Positions 27,994-56,700 of a stretch of 64,000 nucleotides of DNA are shown in pieces. The stretch is taken from NCBI GenBank assembly GCA_051294375.1, contig CM119263.1, positions 27,983,179-28,047,178 on the forward strand. Reading direction: 5' to 3'. The position numbers and the translations under genes were made by a program. Every line of letters starts with the position of its first letter. Within the stretch, counting starts at the first letter, position 1. The notes beneath the pieces were generated by a model, which was not told where the DNA came from, did not search any database, and saw only the letters and a program-made list of their open reading frames with translations. Origin of the DNA: Paraspadella gotoi (taxonomy: Eukaryota; Animalia; Chaetognatha).

Positions 27994-29449
27994 AACTGGC
28001 CAAATCAAAAAGGCCAGGCCAAGATAACGCTTCGTTAGATAACCACTCAAGAAAATTGTCCTATTATTATTATTATATTAATACTAATATTGTAATAACT
28101 CTTGTACGAAACTCTGAATGTCTATAAAAATGGGGGGATGATAACAGTTCAATTAAAATTAACTACGAGACAAATAAAGGATTTTTTTTATCAATGAAAC
28201 TTACCCACTAAGTGGAGCACTGTTGAGAGTATAAGGGCAAGACGTAGGGTGGGATTCGTTTTGGAAGTGTCATGGGCGAAATTGGCAAAAAGCCTCGAAA
28301 AACTGGACGCATACATTTTTTTTATAAACAGTCTTGTACAGTATTTTACAGTATTTTACACTCGGTGCTCGGCACGAGGAACGCGAGCAAGTCGAGATTT
28401 AATGAGAGAGATGCGATGAAAAAAAAGGCTAGGATTTCGGAGCGATTGACTTTTACATTTCGTCGTAAGGTCCCGGGATCGAGGTAAACATTGGATGGAA
28501 CCGAGACTCCATTTTATTCAAGACTCATGGATTGTTTTCAGTTCCTGAGAGTTTTTGTCATTTCGAAAAGGAGGAGGAGGAGGAGGAGGAGGATTTGAGA
28601 AAACCGGATTCGAGGAAGAGAAGAACGCGATGGAACCAATGGGAGGCGGAAGAGAATCTTAGCGGAAGAAGATTCGTCTTTACTGAACCAGTGGGAAAAG
28701 GAAGAGAGGGGCGGGAAGATGAGCGGATCTTGGTATTGGAGGTTAACGGAAAGAGCGGAGGTTCGATAGATGCACGTTACCTAAAAGGGAAGAGTGAAGG
28801 AGCTAAAGGAGCTAAAGGAGTTAGAGGAGGAGTCGCTACGGTGACAAACAAACACCTCATCAAGGACGATGAGACAAAATTTTCAGTGCGTTGGGATTGC
28901 GAATTTATTGAAAATGTGAATGTATTTGGTAATTTTTTTAAAGAAAGACATTCAGGTTTTGTTCTAAGTTTTTTTTTTACTAACCTTTAGTCTTAAATTA
29001 AGCCCTTCAGCAAAGATTTTTGGTTGGAAGAGTAAAACAAAATTTGGTTGTTGTTCTAAAACGTCGAGAGATGGCGGTTTGCACTGCTACAAAAAACAAA
29101 AAAAATAACAGTAGGAAAATTTTACTTTGTTTTTTTTATAGATTTTATGTTTATACTAAACTATCACTTTTATCAATTTTAACACGTTTAATAAACATAT
29201 TTCCTCTAATTTTCTAATTAAACTAAAACAATGAACACATCAGAAGTTACGTTTAAACAAAGAAAAAAATTATGTAATACTCGACTAAATGAAGCTAATC
29301 ATAATTTTTTGGTCGACTTAGCGTTATCTTTTATCAATTATTATTACTATCATGATATTTTTATGATTCAAAGCAATAAATTGCAATGCGGAGGAAAGTC
29401 TTGCAAGACTTTTCGCAACGAAAACAGAATCATCGGGAATAAAGCTTCC

Positions 29450-29530
29450 TCATTGGAGATTCGATTGGACCGGGTTTTGTTTTGAAGCAATCTGATTGGT
29501 CCAGAAAGGAAGAGTTCGACGTCATTGCGT
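29450..29530 (+). promoter_or_regulatory. Candidate proximal promoter of the VWA5A-like gene
   Basis: Three reverse CCAAT boxes (ATTGG at 29452, 29464, 29495) and a CRE-like cgacgtca (~29517) lie ~200 bp upstream of the ATG. Confidence 0.3.
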
Positions 29531-29713
29531 CGCAAAGCCAGATGGAAGAGGAAAGCGATGACTCCAACTCTGGACGAGAATTTCCTAGGATCTTGTAATT
29601 TTGAAGCCTGGATCACTGTGCGGGCGAATACGGACACTCCCGAAACTTCCATAAAATCGAAACTCCAAAAAAAAAAAGACGCCTACTTTTAATTAAAAAA
29701 AAAAACGTACAAT

Positions 29714-35784
<6,071 letters not shown>

Positions 35785-36139
35785 GAGGGTGTAGGAGAGT
35801 CATTGCGGATGAGTTTGAGCGACTGAAGGATTTGTAAAAAGTTTTTTGTAGAGAAAAGTATCAAATTCATTACATTAAAACATTCGTTGTTGTGGATAAA
35901 TAATTACAGCAAGTGTATTACTTTCTTATTTTTGAATCGTAATTATTTTTGATACTGTTGTTACAGTTGTACTCGCATTGCATTTGGTAATTTGAATTTT
36001 TTACTATTTACTATGTATGTTTAGTTTTTAAAACTAAACTATAATAATCTTATTTAGAATGCTGTAACTAACGCATAAATTAAAATAATGTGATCTATGA
36101 ATTTAAATGTTTAAAAAGTCATAATCACCAATCACCAAT

Positions 36140-36553
36140 CTTTCCTGTTTTTATTCTTAGTTGTATGCTTCAAACTGCGATGAAAACGTAGCATATAAAG
36201 CACATGGTTTTCAGTTTGGTTGGTGCTTTACAGCTTGATGTATTTGCAATTGTTTATTTTTATATCATCGGTTTATTTTTTGAAATAAACTATTTAATTT
36301 TCAAACTGAACTCATCACGCATAAAATGGGGAAAATTTTTTTGCAATCTAGAAAACAAAAAGAATCTTCTTTACCATTTCGGATTTTTTTAGAAAGAATT
36401 TCTTTGTGACAAAGAAATAAACCGATGATATGAAAATAAACAATTGCAAATACATCAAGCTGTAAGGCACCAACCAAACCGAAAACCATGTGCTTTATAT
36501 GCTACGTTTTCATCGCAGTTTGAAGCATTTAGCTAAGAATAAAAACAGGAAAG
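36140..36553. repeat. Foldback/MITE-like inverted repeat, ~140 bp arms, ~135 bp spacer
   Basis: 36140-36278 is a near-perfect reverse complement of 36414-36553, which also explains the mirrored ORFs MVFSLVGALQ/MVFGLVGALQ. Confidence 0.9.
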
Positions 36554-37262
36554 TTTGTCCCTATTTTTTTCCCAAAAATCTTTTTTAAAACAATTTATTC
36601 CTAATCACTGTTGCTTAAAAAGTTTTTTCTTAAATAATTTATACAAAATAAGGAGATTGGTTTATTTCTTTAAACCTTGAATTCAAAATTCAAATCATTT
36701 CTATAGTAAGAAAGAAAGAATAAGAGCAGGATAAAGCAGATGAGTAGGGTGAAAATCAGAGAGAGAGACAGTGAGAGAGTGAGAGAGAAAAGAAGAGAGA
36801 CTCTCAGCAGAGTTTGCACTCTTAGTAGATAATAAAATAAGTGAAAAACTTCTTCATAACAAACATCTTGTTAAAGTAAAGCTGCCGCCGTATGACCATT
36901 GTCAACAGAATATTCGGATCCGGTATCAATAGAATCTAAAATTTATGATAAAAAGACAGATTTAATCGAAAAGGAAAGTAAAAACAGTTCTTAAGGATTT
37001 TCAAGAAGACTGTTCTCATTTTGTACGGGCCATACCTTGAGACATATCCATGAATTTCGGCAACCAGTTGAATTTGAATTTGAATTTGCCATATGTGAAC
37101 AAAATATTTTTTTAGGGAAAATTGATAAAACGAAGAAAAGATAACTTAAATCGCGAATTCAAATGTGGTAAATGTTAAAACTTTAGTATTCCTTTTCGGT
37201 TTTACCCCGTTTTACTGCTTCTGTATGGAAAAAAAATTTCAATATTTAATTTATTTATTGTT

Positions 37263-38181
37263 TTAAACGACATAAATCGTCTTGATGTTTCTGATCTCAC
37301 GTCGACAGATGTGACAATGTTTGAGCCTAAGCCTGAGCGCGCAAGTATTGCAAGCCACGTGACCGCAATCAAACACGGCGTCTTTGGGTTTGTCTTGGCA
37401 GATGGAACAGAGTTTCTCTTCTTCAAGCTGATCTTTTGCTTCGGTCAGGCGCGCTATTTGTCTTTTGTCCATTTCCTTCTCTTTCATCAGACACATTACT
37501 TGCTTTTCCTTTCCTTCTTTTTCTTTTATCAGGCTCGATATTTGGCTGGTATAGCTTTGTTTTTCTTCCACCAGGCGTACTATTTGTCTTTTGTCCATTT
37601 CCTTCTCTTTCATCAGACACATTACTTGCTTTTCCTTTCCTTTTTTTTCTTTTATCATGCTCAATATTTGGCTGGCATTACTTTGTTTTTCTTCCACCAG
37701 GCGCGCTATTTGTCTTTTGTCCATTTCCTTCTCTTTAATCAGGCACATTACTTGTTTTTTCTTTTCTTCTTTTTCTTTTATCAGACTCAATATTTGGCTG
37801 TTATAGCTTTGTTTTTCTTCCACCAGGCGTGCTATTTGTCTTTTGTCCATTTCCTTCTCTTTCATCAGGCACATTACTTGCTTTTCCTTTCCTTTATTTT
37901 CTTTTATCAGGCTCGATATTTGGCTTGTATTGCTTTGTTTTTCTTTCATCAGGCATGCTATTTGTCTTTGGTCAATTCCCTTCTCTTTCATCAGGTAAAT
38001 TACTTGCTTTTCTTTTTCTTCTTTCTCATCTTGCTCATTTTTCAGGCTTGCAATCAGGGCCATTGCTCTTTGTATAATCTGCAACTCAAACAATTTATTT
38101 TCTATTTGCTTTTCTTTATTTTCTTCCTCCTTTTTAAGTTGCGAAATGAATTCTCTTTGGTTCTCATTTTCGACTAACGTA
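37263..38181 (-). CDS. 3' part of a coiled-coil repeat + C-terminal RING-HC (C3HC4) E3 ligase-like gene
   Basis: Open frame with ~4.5 copies of a 42-aa unit, then CSICQDKPKDAVFDCGHVACNTC...CHICRREI*. The frame stays open upstream of the annotated ORF to the TA at 38180-38181. Confidence 0.85.
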
Positions 38182-40202
<2,021 letters not shown>

Positions 40203-40400
40203 TATTTAGTTGGTCGTTTTGGTTTTGGGTGTCCCTCCTATCGCGGTCGTACTCGTCATGTTTGTCGTCGTCGTCGTTGCTGTTGTTGTTGTATTGGTTT
40301 CCCGGAAAAGATAAACCAATGAAGACGGAAAGAGACGAATAAAGGAAGATAACTCCGAGGAAACTTAACCAAAGAACGTTTAGGACGGATACGTTGAAAG
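40203..40400 (-). CDS. 5' part of the same RING-gene exon (hydrophobic segment + Asn/Asp-rich linker)
   Basis: Acceptor ttctcag at ~40401-40407, then FNVSVLNVLWLSFLGVIFLYSSLSVFIGLSFPGNQYNNNSNDDDDKHDEYDRDRRDTQNQNDQLN. This joins in frame to TLVENENQRE when 38182-40204 is removed. The upstream start exon was not found. Confidence 0.7.
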
Positions 40401-41699
40401 CTGAGAAAAACGCAATTAAATGAAGTTAGTGACTGATTGGCTTGAAATTTTGTATGTGTGTAGGAAAGTGTTTGATTGAGCTGTACATCAAGTTTCGATG
40501 GAATCGTCTGCGTGAAAATTAGTTTAAAATTTAAAAAAACAAAAAATAAATTTCACCATTTGATTATCCTTTTTTATTTTTATATTCAATGTAAATTTAA
40601 GCAGCATTAATTAATTATTAATAAAGTAGTAATCAATTATTAATTATTATGTAATTCATTAATTTATTAATTAATTTTGTGATCGAGATTGTTGTTTTGT
40701 AATCGAGATGCTAGACAAAGTGGAAAACGATTTTGATGCGAATTATGCGAATTATTAATTACACGGATTTCAAATGGGAGTGAAAGGAAGAGAATTGTTA
40801 TAACTCTTAACTGACTGACTGTGATTAATATTTGTTTATTTTATTAGTTGGAAAAGTCCCTGACGTTTATGTTCCTATAAAGCATATAATACATTACATC
40901 ATAGCAACTAGTGCGAAGTGAAATTACAATCTGATTGTAATATCGTCTTGGGATCGAAAATATGTTTTAATCTCTAATAACAATTTGAACCTTTAATCGT
41001 TTCTTGGCTTCTTAAATAATTAAGATTATCGTTCGACTCTTTATATAAATTGTGTCATAAAGTTTATTTTATTCAACTTACATGAAAGAAAATACATCGT
41101 GTCGAGAAAAGAATTCCTTCTGAAAAAAATAAAACAACATTTCGTCAAAATATTTTTTGTTTTTTCGGGTTTTTTTTTTCTCTTCAAATATCAGTGAGAA
41201 GAAAAAGTTGTTGTACCGAAAAAACATGGAATAGAAAAAATCATGAGAATTTCACCTTTTTTAATGATTGGAGCAAAGCGATTTATTAGGATTCGGTATA
41301 ACTTTTGTGAGATTTTGATATATGATTTTCGTAGTGAGCCATCAATTTCAATCAGGAAAATTAATTGATAGTAAAACCCGCTAAAGGCTTCTGAAATTTG
41401 GCGAAAAAATTCAACGAAGTGCGTTCGACTTACTAAAACTTCCTCATTTCGCAAATGTGTCTTTATTTCTGAGAATTTTACGACTTTCCCCTCAATCCTC
41501 TATATTTAATGTTTGATCAAATAACGATGATTCACTCGACTCATCAGGCATAAAACGGAGTAAATTTATTCAGAATCGAAAAAACAAAAATATTTTGTAA
41601 TCTTCTTTACCGTTTTTTTAAATTTTGGATATTTTTTTTAGAATTTCTTTTTTCCTAAAATTTAAAAAAAAAATTAATTACTAATTACTATTGCATAAA

Positions 41700-42125
41700 A
41701 AAGTTTTTATGAAATTGGTACAACCAACATAAAAATTATCCATTCATTTAATAAATAAACTATCTTGCCCCTGACTTTGGACAGGCTTTGGTGGTTTAAG
41801 GCCTCCATCACTCTTACAAGATAATGACATAGCAGGTCCCTGTAAGCTTTCAATCAAGACTCTCTCACAGTCTTGTTTATTCACTCCCAGAGTACCTGAC
41901 TTCCCTATCAATGAAGTGGTATAATATTTCAAAGAATGTTTCAATTGTATGAAAAGACCACTCCCTTAAGTATTAGATCGGGGAATACTTATTGTACTCC
42001 GCACTAGCATCAAATTACAAGGAGCTGAATATTATGAAATTTTTACAACCAATATAAAAATTATCCATTTTTTTAATAAATAAGCTATCTTGCCCTTGAC
42101 TTTGGACAGGCTATGGTGGTTTATT
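41700..42125 (+). repeat. Dispersed ~300-400 bp repeat family (unclassified, SINE/MITE-like). Other copies at ~21440-21800 (-), ~25240-25590 (+), ~46863-47022 (+), and partial at ~31590-31690 and ~51515-51570 (-)
   Basis: Shared core ttgcccctgactttggacaggctttggtggtttaaggcctccatcactct...caatcaagactctctcacagtc...tgtttcaattgtatgaaaagacca. Confidence 0.85.
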
Positions 42126-44950
42126 AAATAATTTATACAAAATATCGAGATTGGTATATTTCTTTAAACCTTGCATTTAAAATTCAAATCATTTCTATGG
42201 TAAGAAAGAAAGATTAAGAGGAGGATAAAGAAGATGAGAAGGATGAAAATCATAGAGAGAGAAAGTGTGTGAGAGAGAGAAAAGAACAGAGACTCTCAGC
42301 AGAGTTTGCACTCTTAGTAGATCATAAAATGAGTCAAAAACTTCTTTATAGCAAACATCTTGATAATGTATAGTTGCCGCCGTAAGACCAGCATCATCAT
42401 AATATTCGGATCCGGTATCAATAGAATCTAAAATTTATGATATAAAGACAGAATTAATCGAAAAGGAAAGTAAAAACAGTTAAATACGTTTTTAAGGATT
42501 TTCAAGAAGAGTGTTCTCACTTTGTACGGGCCATACCGTAACACATATCCATGAATTTCATCAACCAGTTAAAAGGTATTTTTATCCTTTAGATTGCTGC
42601 GTATGCAAACAAAATCTTTGTTGATAGAAAGCTGATAGAAAAAAGTATTTATAAATTTGATAACGGTTAATTAACCACTATTAGGCCAATTATTAAGAAT
42701 CTTATTTATTTCAGCAAGGAATACAATCTGTCAATCAGGCATTACAATATGAATAATAATTTTAGTATTGTTGCAAACATTTTCAAATGTTATTGCATCA
42801 ACTTTTCTTCATCTTCTTATAGTCGTCCATTTTGAAGATTGACAGCAACTTTCCGTACGCATTATCAAGAAGTGCTTGAAAAGGCAAGTGCTGTATTTAA
42901 TTAGGTATAGTTTTCGCGCAGATTTCTGAACAATAATTACTACATAGCCTGGCTTTAATATTTAACTAAATATTTTTACAAAAATTTGACCTTGAATAAC
43001 CTTGAATTGTTAAAGTATTTCAAGTTTATTCGCGGAAAAAAACCCGTCGACCTTGAGGGCGAAGACGCAAACTTGAACCAGACCTTGAAGGGAATAATTT
43101 TATCGTCGGTATCGTCGTCGTCCGAATCGTTATCGTCATCCTAGATAGATTCTCAATTTCCAACAAACGATCTCTCGCCATTCTATCCAAAAACTCACCC
43201 TTGATCAAGTCGTTGAAACAAACTTTCATTTTCATAAACTTAAAAAAAACAACAAAAAAACAAAAAAAAAAACTTTCCTTAAAATTGTTGGCATGGAAAG
43301 GCAAGCTATCATCAAACCATTAAACCCTGGACACGCTTACAGGTGAAAGGGAAAGGGTTACATCTTTGAATTCCCGCCCCCAAATGATAAAGTTTTGAAA
43401 ATATTGTAAAATTCGTTATGGGTAACTGAATAGATTTACGGACGCGAGGGGTAAGTTCATCGATCCCTTTGTTCCTTTCGCCTTCAGTTGCGATTTAGCG
43501 CTTCAGAAGAAGATGCTGAAGATTATTTACTTTTATTAAGAGAAGCGTTGTAAAGAACGGGTGCTTCGCAGCTATCGGGTTTTTTTAAAAAAAAAAGTTT
43601 GTCCAGTTATTTTCGTTACAAACGAAAATTTATTCTATTCCAAAAAATTAGTCGAGTGAAAACAAATTACGTAAAGCCATTTTTATAATCTTATTAAACA
43701 TATATATTTAGATTTAATTTCTTTTTTAATGTTTTTTAGTCCGGTAATAAACTTAATGCAAAAACAGTTTAATGGTAGATACATAAAATACATGCAAAAT
43801 TAACCAAAATGTCAAATTAAATTCCAAGGTCAGTGTCAAGGTCATGCACTCTCTATTCGCTAAAATATTTCGTGGTTTTGAATTGCTTCAGAATTGCTTC
43901 AGATCAGCTTTGATTGAATGAATGAGATGATGAGGATGATGATGATTGATGATAATGATAACTGTTGAATTTATATTTTTGAGGCGAAAATTATGACAGA
44001 CTAACATAATTAGAATTTGAGGTGCATCATTACACCTTGAACAACTTCTCATGGCGCATTATTTTGTAAGTGTAGTTTACAATTATTTTTGATCATGTGT
44101 ATTATATAATTATATTCCCCATTCTAAACTCCGGATATTTCCTGAGATTTTGTTTCTTTTACGTTTTCTTTTCTTCATTATTAAATTAGAGCAAAAACAA
44201 AACATTTCATTTACTTATCGACTTCCTGTCTCTTTTATCCAGTATTGTCATTTACAGTCGACTTCTGGGCCAAAGGAGCTGTACGTATAAATGAATGATT
44301 AATGAAGGGCAAATGCAAAAGGACTTTTAACTCTTTGCCTAAGACGGTTAAAGAAAAAAGAAAAGGAAAACTGGTTAATTGGGAAGTTGAATTGGAAAAT
44401 CAGGAATCGGCAACGGAATGTCATCGTTGATTCAGTGATTATAATTAGCCTCTTTAACTCTTTACCTGTATAACTTCTTTCGCCGTTAAATTTTTTTATT
44501 TGATTTTATCTCGACCGTTTCGTTTGAATTTTCTGGAGAGCGGAATTGCCTAATATTTTTTTTACCTTCAAAAAATAACGCATAAAGGTAAAAACGGTTA
44601 TTTGCTAAACTTGAAAATATGAAAAATGAAATCAAAATAGTTAAAATTAACTCAATAACCGAGTTATATAAAAAAATATATTGATGTATTAATTCGATAT
44701 GATTGATTGATTGACTGAATTATTTGATTAAATTTTAGTTATATTGAATTGATTTAAATTTGATTTTGATTTGTTTTGATTTCGAAATGATTTTATTTTA
44801 TTATTATTTTTTTTAATCAAATTTAATTTTATTTTCTTTTATTTTATTTTCTTTTATTTTTTTATTTTATTAGATTTGATTTTGAATTGATTTGATTCGA
44901 TTTAATGCATTTATTTAATGATTTAATTGACATTTCGCCATATCAGAGCC

Positions 44951-48880
<3,930 letters not shown>

Positions 48881-49925
48881 TTGCGCGGCGATAGGATTTT
48901 CGGCGCCATGATTGTGGGCGGTTTTCGGCGCCGTGCAGGGGCGGAACCCAGACTCCCCTGAACGCCAACATCATCCCATTCCATTACAATTAACCCAACA
49001 AGAATAAAGTTTGAGTCCTTTACGGATTGTCAAAATTATTTGTTTTCTTATATTTTTTAATAGATTTTTTAGCCCCAGTACACCCTGAGAGCCCGGGCTC
49101 TTCGGCTTTGTAGAGGGTGTATGCCCCTCTACACGCCCCTGGCGCTGAGCAATGCTATCCCTATTCCGGGATGATGAAGCTGCATTCATAATTTTTTTTA
49201 AATCTCTTTATTTCATTGGTCGATGACTTTAACTTTCGCTTTATTCCATTCCATTTCCACTAATCTATAACTCAGTGGTTTCGTTGTCGCGTTTTTACTA
49301 TTGTGATTTGATGCGTTACTAATATTGACTACTGTATTGACATAAAAATTAGATCTCTCGGGTAGTTAATAAATAAATTTTATATGGCCTTTATAAAAAT
49401 TTTATGCGTTTCATAGGGCGATAAGTTAGGGATAGCAATCAGCAAGTATGCTCTGGCCGAATCTCAGAAAATAAATCTCTTTTTTTTTTCAAATCGACCA
49501 TATAACTTTTAATTCATTCAATTTTTAAGATCGGCCTCGATTTTAAAAACGATTTTCATTTTTTCTGTCAAATTCTTAATAAATTGACTTTTCGATGAGG
49601 AAACTGGAAAGCGAGAGCGAGAGAAATTGATGAAAAAGTAGACGAACGAGATTTTTCGTTCCGAACTTTTGATAAGGAAAGGTGAGGTGAGCTGAGGATC
49701 GACTTGGCTCAAGACTGCACTTTTTTATCGAGATTGGGATGGCGGGAAACGAGAGACGAGTTTTCGAGCGAGAATTCGGGTCAGTTAGAACTTACCCATC
49801 GCTTTCATGTTTTAGAGCCTGCTTGGGAGAAAAGAAAATTGATACTTGGCTGAAGCGCTCTCTGGAGAAGATTGGCTGACTGGCTGTGGCTTCTAGAAAA
49901 GAGTTCAGGTTATAAATGAGGGAGA

Positions 49926-49983
<58 letters not shown>

Positions 49984-50129
49984 TTTTTTTTTTTTACAAA
50001 CTTTATGCATAAAATTAAAAATCTTAACGCTACAAAACGCCTAGATTTTGCGTTAAAAAGAAAAAGAAACTAAAGATGTGTAACAATAACAGTTGTATGT
50101 CTTATGCCAACAGTAATCAATCACCGAAA

Positions 50130-53728
<3,599 letters not shown>

Positions 53729-55369
53729 TTTGATGGAAAAGCAAAGTTATGGAAATACGTTGATATTTTTATGTGGCTGAGAATTATTATTTTAATTTTT
53801 TTTTTTTTGATCAACGGATACAATTGTCGTCTGCTGTCGGAGGTTTTTAATAAGAAAGAAAACCAGTTAGTTAAACTTGGCAATAATTTTAAAGGAGACG
53901 TAAAAAAACCTTGATATTAAAAAGTAAATTTGTCGCAATCGCCTTTATGTTAAAAGAAAGAAATAATTCTAATCTTATCAAACGTTATCAAACTGGTTGT
54001 TAAAGAGATATCACCCGCACAGGAGATAATTAATTAATGATTTAGTATTAGGTAATTCGTAGTAGGATTTACAAGTGCATTTTTAAAAATGTAAATACTA
54101 CTACAAATTACTTAATAATAAATTATCAAACTTTATTATTTTGTTTCTATTTACTTTTTTTTTTTTAAGTTTTGCAAGGGTTATTTCTTCTATATCCACA
54201 AAAATAAGAACAACTTTTAAATTACTGCTTTGGTATTCTGGCGAAATTGTTTCTTTTTCCGTATGACATTCTTTTGCTAAAATCTTAGTTTTGCAACTTT
54301 CATTATTAAATTTTTTCACTTTGAGTTAGACCTATTCTCCCAAACTTGAGTATGGAAACAAATGATGTCATGCAGCTTTCGCCACCTTTTGGAAATTTTT
54401 TAAAAGAAATTTCCAACAAAATAGCAGGAAATCTCTTTCCGAAGCTTCCCCGGCGCCTCAGAAAGAAAAATATCCTGCATCAAAGGATGAGCACGCCGAT
54501 TGCGGCTCTGTCGTGACGGCGCGGCGTTGTTTCGCGTCGCGGCGTTGTTTTGATGTTGGCGGCGTCGGCGCCGAAAGAAAACGCCGGGAGACCGGAATCT
54601 CGATACGTTCGATGTTGCGGGGTTATTATCATTAGGAGAGGAACTAACCAGGGTGATAAACTTGACTTTATTTGAGCAATATTGAGTTTTATTACGCGTG
54701 AGATTTATGATGCATGAAAGTTTTCTTGTACGAGCAATGAGGCCGTGGGATGATTATGGAGCTATCGTCCTAATAAATCATATTAACTATCCTATTGTAA
54801 AATAAAAAATGAATTCAAAAATACAAATACACGCCAGATCTAATGCCTTTTCCTTCCTGCCGCAAATCTTTCCCTTTTGTTTCTCGCTTTTCCCCTTTTT
54901 CCGTCGAAACCCGGCCAGCGCCAGCGGAGGTCACTTGCACTCTCTCTCCGGGCGGGAGAAAGCGCGCGGGCAGAGAATGGAGAGAGCAAAGTCACCGGCG
55001 TGAGGCAGAGCTCCTTTTAAAGGACTCGATGTCGCCCTTTGCGTCTTATGATTGTCTCGCGTTTCGAATTCTTATTGCTATTTTTCTTTCTATTCACTTT
55101 CCTTTTTTCATTCCTTTCCTTTTTTTTCCTCCTCTCCTCCCATTTCCTTTTTCCTCCCTTTTTTTTCCTCCTCTGCGAAATGCCCTCCAGTCGTCGGAAG
55201 GACATTGCCTCCTTCGGGCTTCGACTTTGCGAGGACTCTCTCCTCCTCCTCTTCCTTTCTTTTCTCCTCCTCCTCCTCTTCCTTCCTAGCCTCCTTTTCC
55301 TCGTCCCTCCTTCCTTCCCGGCTTCGACTCTTCGCGACAAGATTCTACAAGGATACGACGTTTTCGTGT

Positions 55370-55402
<33 letters not shown>

Positions 55403-55964
55403 TTCTCCCTCTCTCGCTCTCTGTCTCTCTCTCTCTCTCTCTATCTTTTTTTTTTCTTTCTCTCCCTGCATTTTTTCTTATCATATCCTCTCTTTTTTCT
55501 CTCGACTCGGACTTCCTCTCTTTCGCTCTCTCGCTCTCTCGCTCTCTCGCTCTCTCGCTCTCTCGTTCTCTCTCTCTCTCTCCCTAGTTTTCGCCGATGG
55601 ATCGTGTGGAATGCGACAGAGGGACGAAAATAAGAAAGTCTCGCTCTCTTTTGCTTCGGACTCGTAGCAGAAAAAATAAAGCGAAAGGAAAAAAATAGAG
55701 CAAAAAAATAAAGCAAAATAGCATCGAAGAAAAAGGCATTGCTTTCCTAACTTGTTTCGTCGAAAAAAGAAAACAGAAAACGAAACAGAAAAAAACAAAG
55801 GAGCGTCGGGTTCAGATGCCCTTGTGAGGCGAAGATCGCGCGCCGTCTGCTTCCGTCGCCGCCATTCCACGCCACGCCCGCTTCGCGCCATGACGCGCCT
55901 TCACGCGCGCGCCCAAGACTCACGTGCGCGCGAACTGTGCCTTTCCGTCCTCCTCGTCGTCCTA

Positions 55965-56260
55965 TCCTATTCTGGTTTGTACTCTCTTTTCTAGGTTTGT
56001 CATCTTTTTATTGTGGTTTGTACTCTCTTTTCTAGGGTTTGTCATCTCCTATTCTGGTTTTTACCTCTTTTCTAGGGTTTGCGTCTCTTTTTTTTAGTTT
56101 GCACTCTCTTTTGTAGGGTTTGTCCTCTCCTATTCTGGTTTGTAGTTTTGATTTGACCTATTCTTTTTCAGTTTGTCTCTCTTTTCGTATTTTCCTTTGC
56201 TTTACAGATTTTCTCTCTTTATTTAGGGTTTGACCTTTCCTCTTCTGGTTCATATTCTAT
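55965..56260 (+). repeat. Degenerate ~41-bp minisatellite
   Basis: The unit ctattctggtttgtactctcttttctagggtttgtcatctc is repeated ~5-6 times with decay. Confidence 0.75.
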
Positions 56261-56700
56261 TAATAAAGGCTTAACTTCTACTGTTCTAGTTTGTTCTCTA
56301 TTTTAAGTTTAACTCGTCTATTAGATTTTGTCCCACTCCTTTCTGCATTAAACTCTCTTTGGCACGTGATGCTAGTTTTTTTTCAGTTTGTACCCTCTGC
56401 AAAACTAGTTTTCTTTTCTACTTGCGCGACTGTTTGTTTTTTGTTTTGTTTTTTTGAAATTGTTTGCTACTTCTTGAAATAAAGATTTAAGTTTACGCAG
56501 CTGTTAATCTGTTCTCTCATTATCAATTTAGTTTTCTCATAGTCGAATTTCTTCTCTCGTACTTGATCGCTGCGTTTGCGCCCTGCCAATGACGTCACGG
56601 CCGGGGAACAGTTTTTTTTTCCTCGTCCCCGTTCATCTCTCTCTCTGTCCCTCTCTCCCTCTCTGTCTCTCTCTCNNNNNNNNNNNNNNNNNNNNNNNNN

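Noticed and set aside
28532-28990. 152-aa ORF upstream of VWA5A
   Set aside because: Purine-rich low-complexity sequence with no ATG start, recognisable motif or convincing splice sites.
37311-38177. 288-aa plus-strand hydrophobic repeat ORF
   Set aside because: It is the antisense shadow of the Lys/Glu-rich RING repeats.
54809-55994. Overlapping ORFs in GC/CT-rich region upstream of DSD
   Set aside because: They are microsatellite-driven translations. The region could be a promoter or UTR, but no supportable coding signal was found.
55965-56260. TAGGGTTT motifs as interstitial telomere
   Set aside because: The motifs are isolated within a 41-bp minisatellite, not tandem telomeric repeats.
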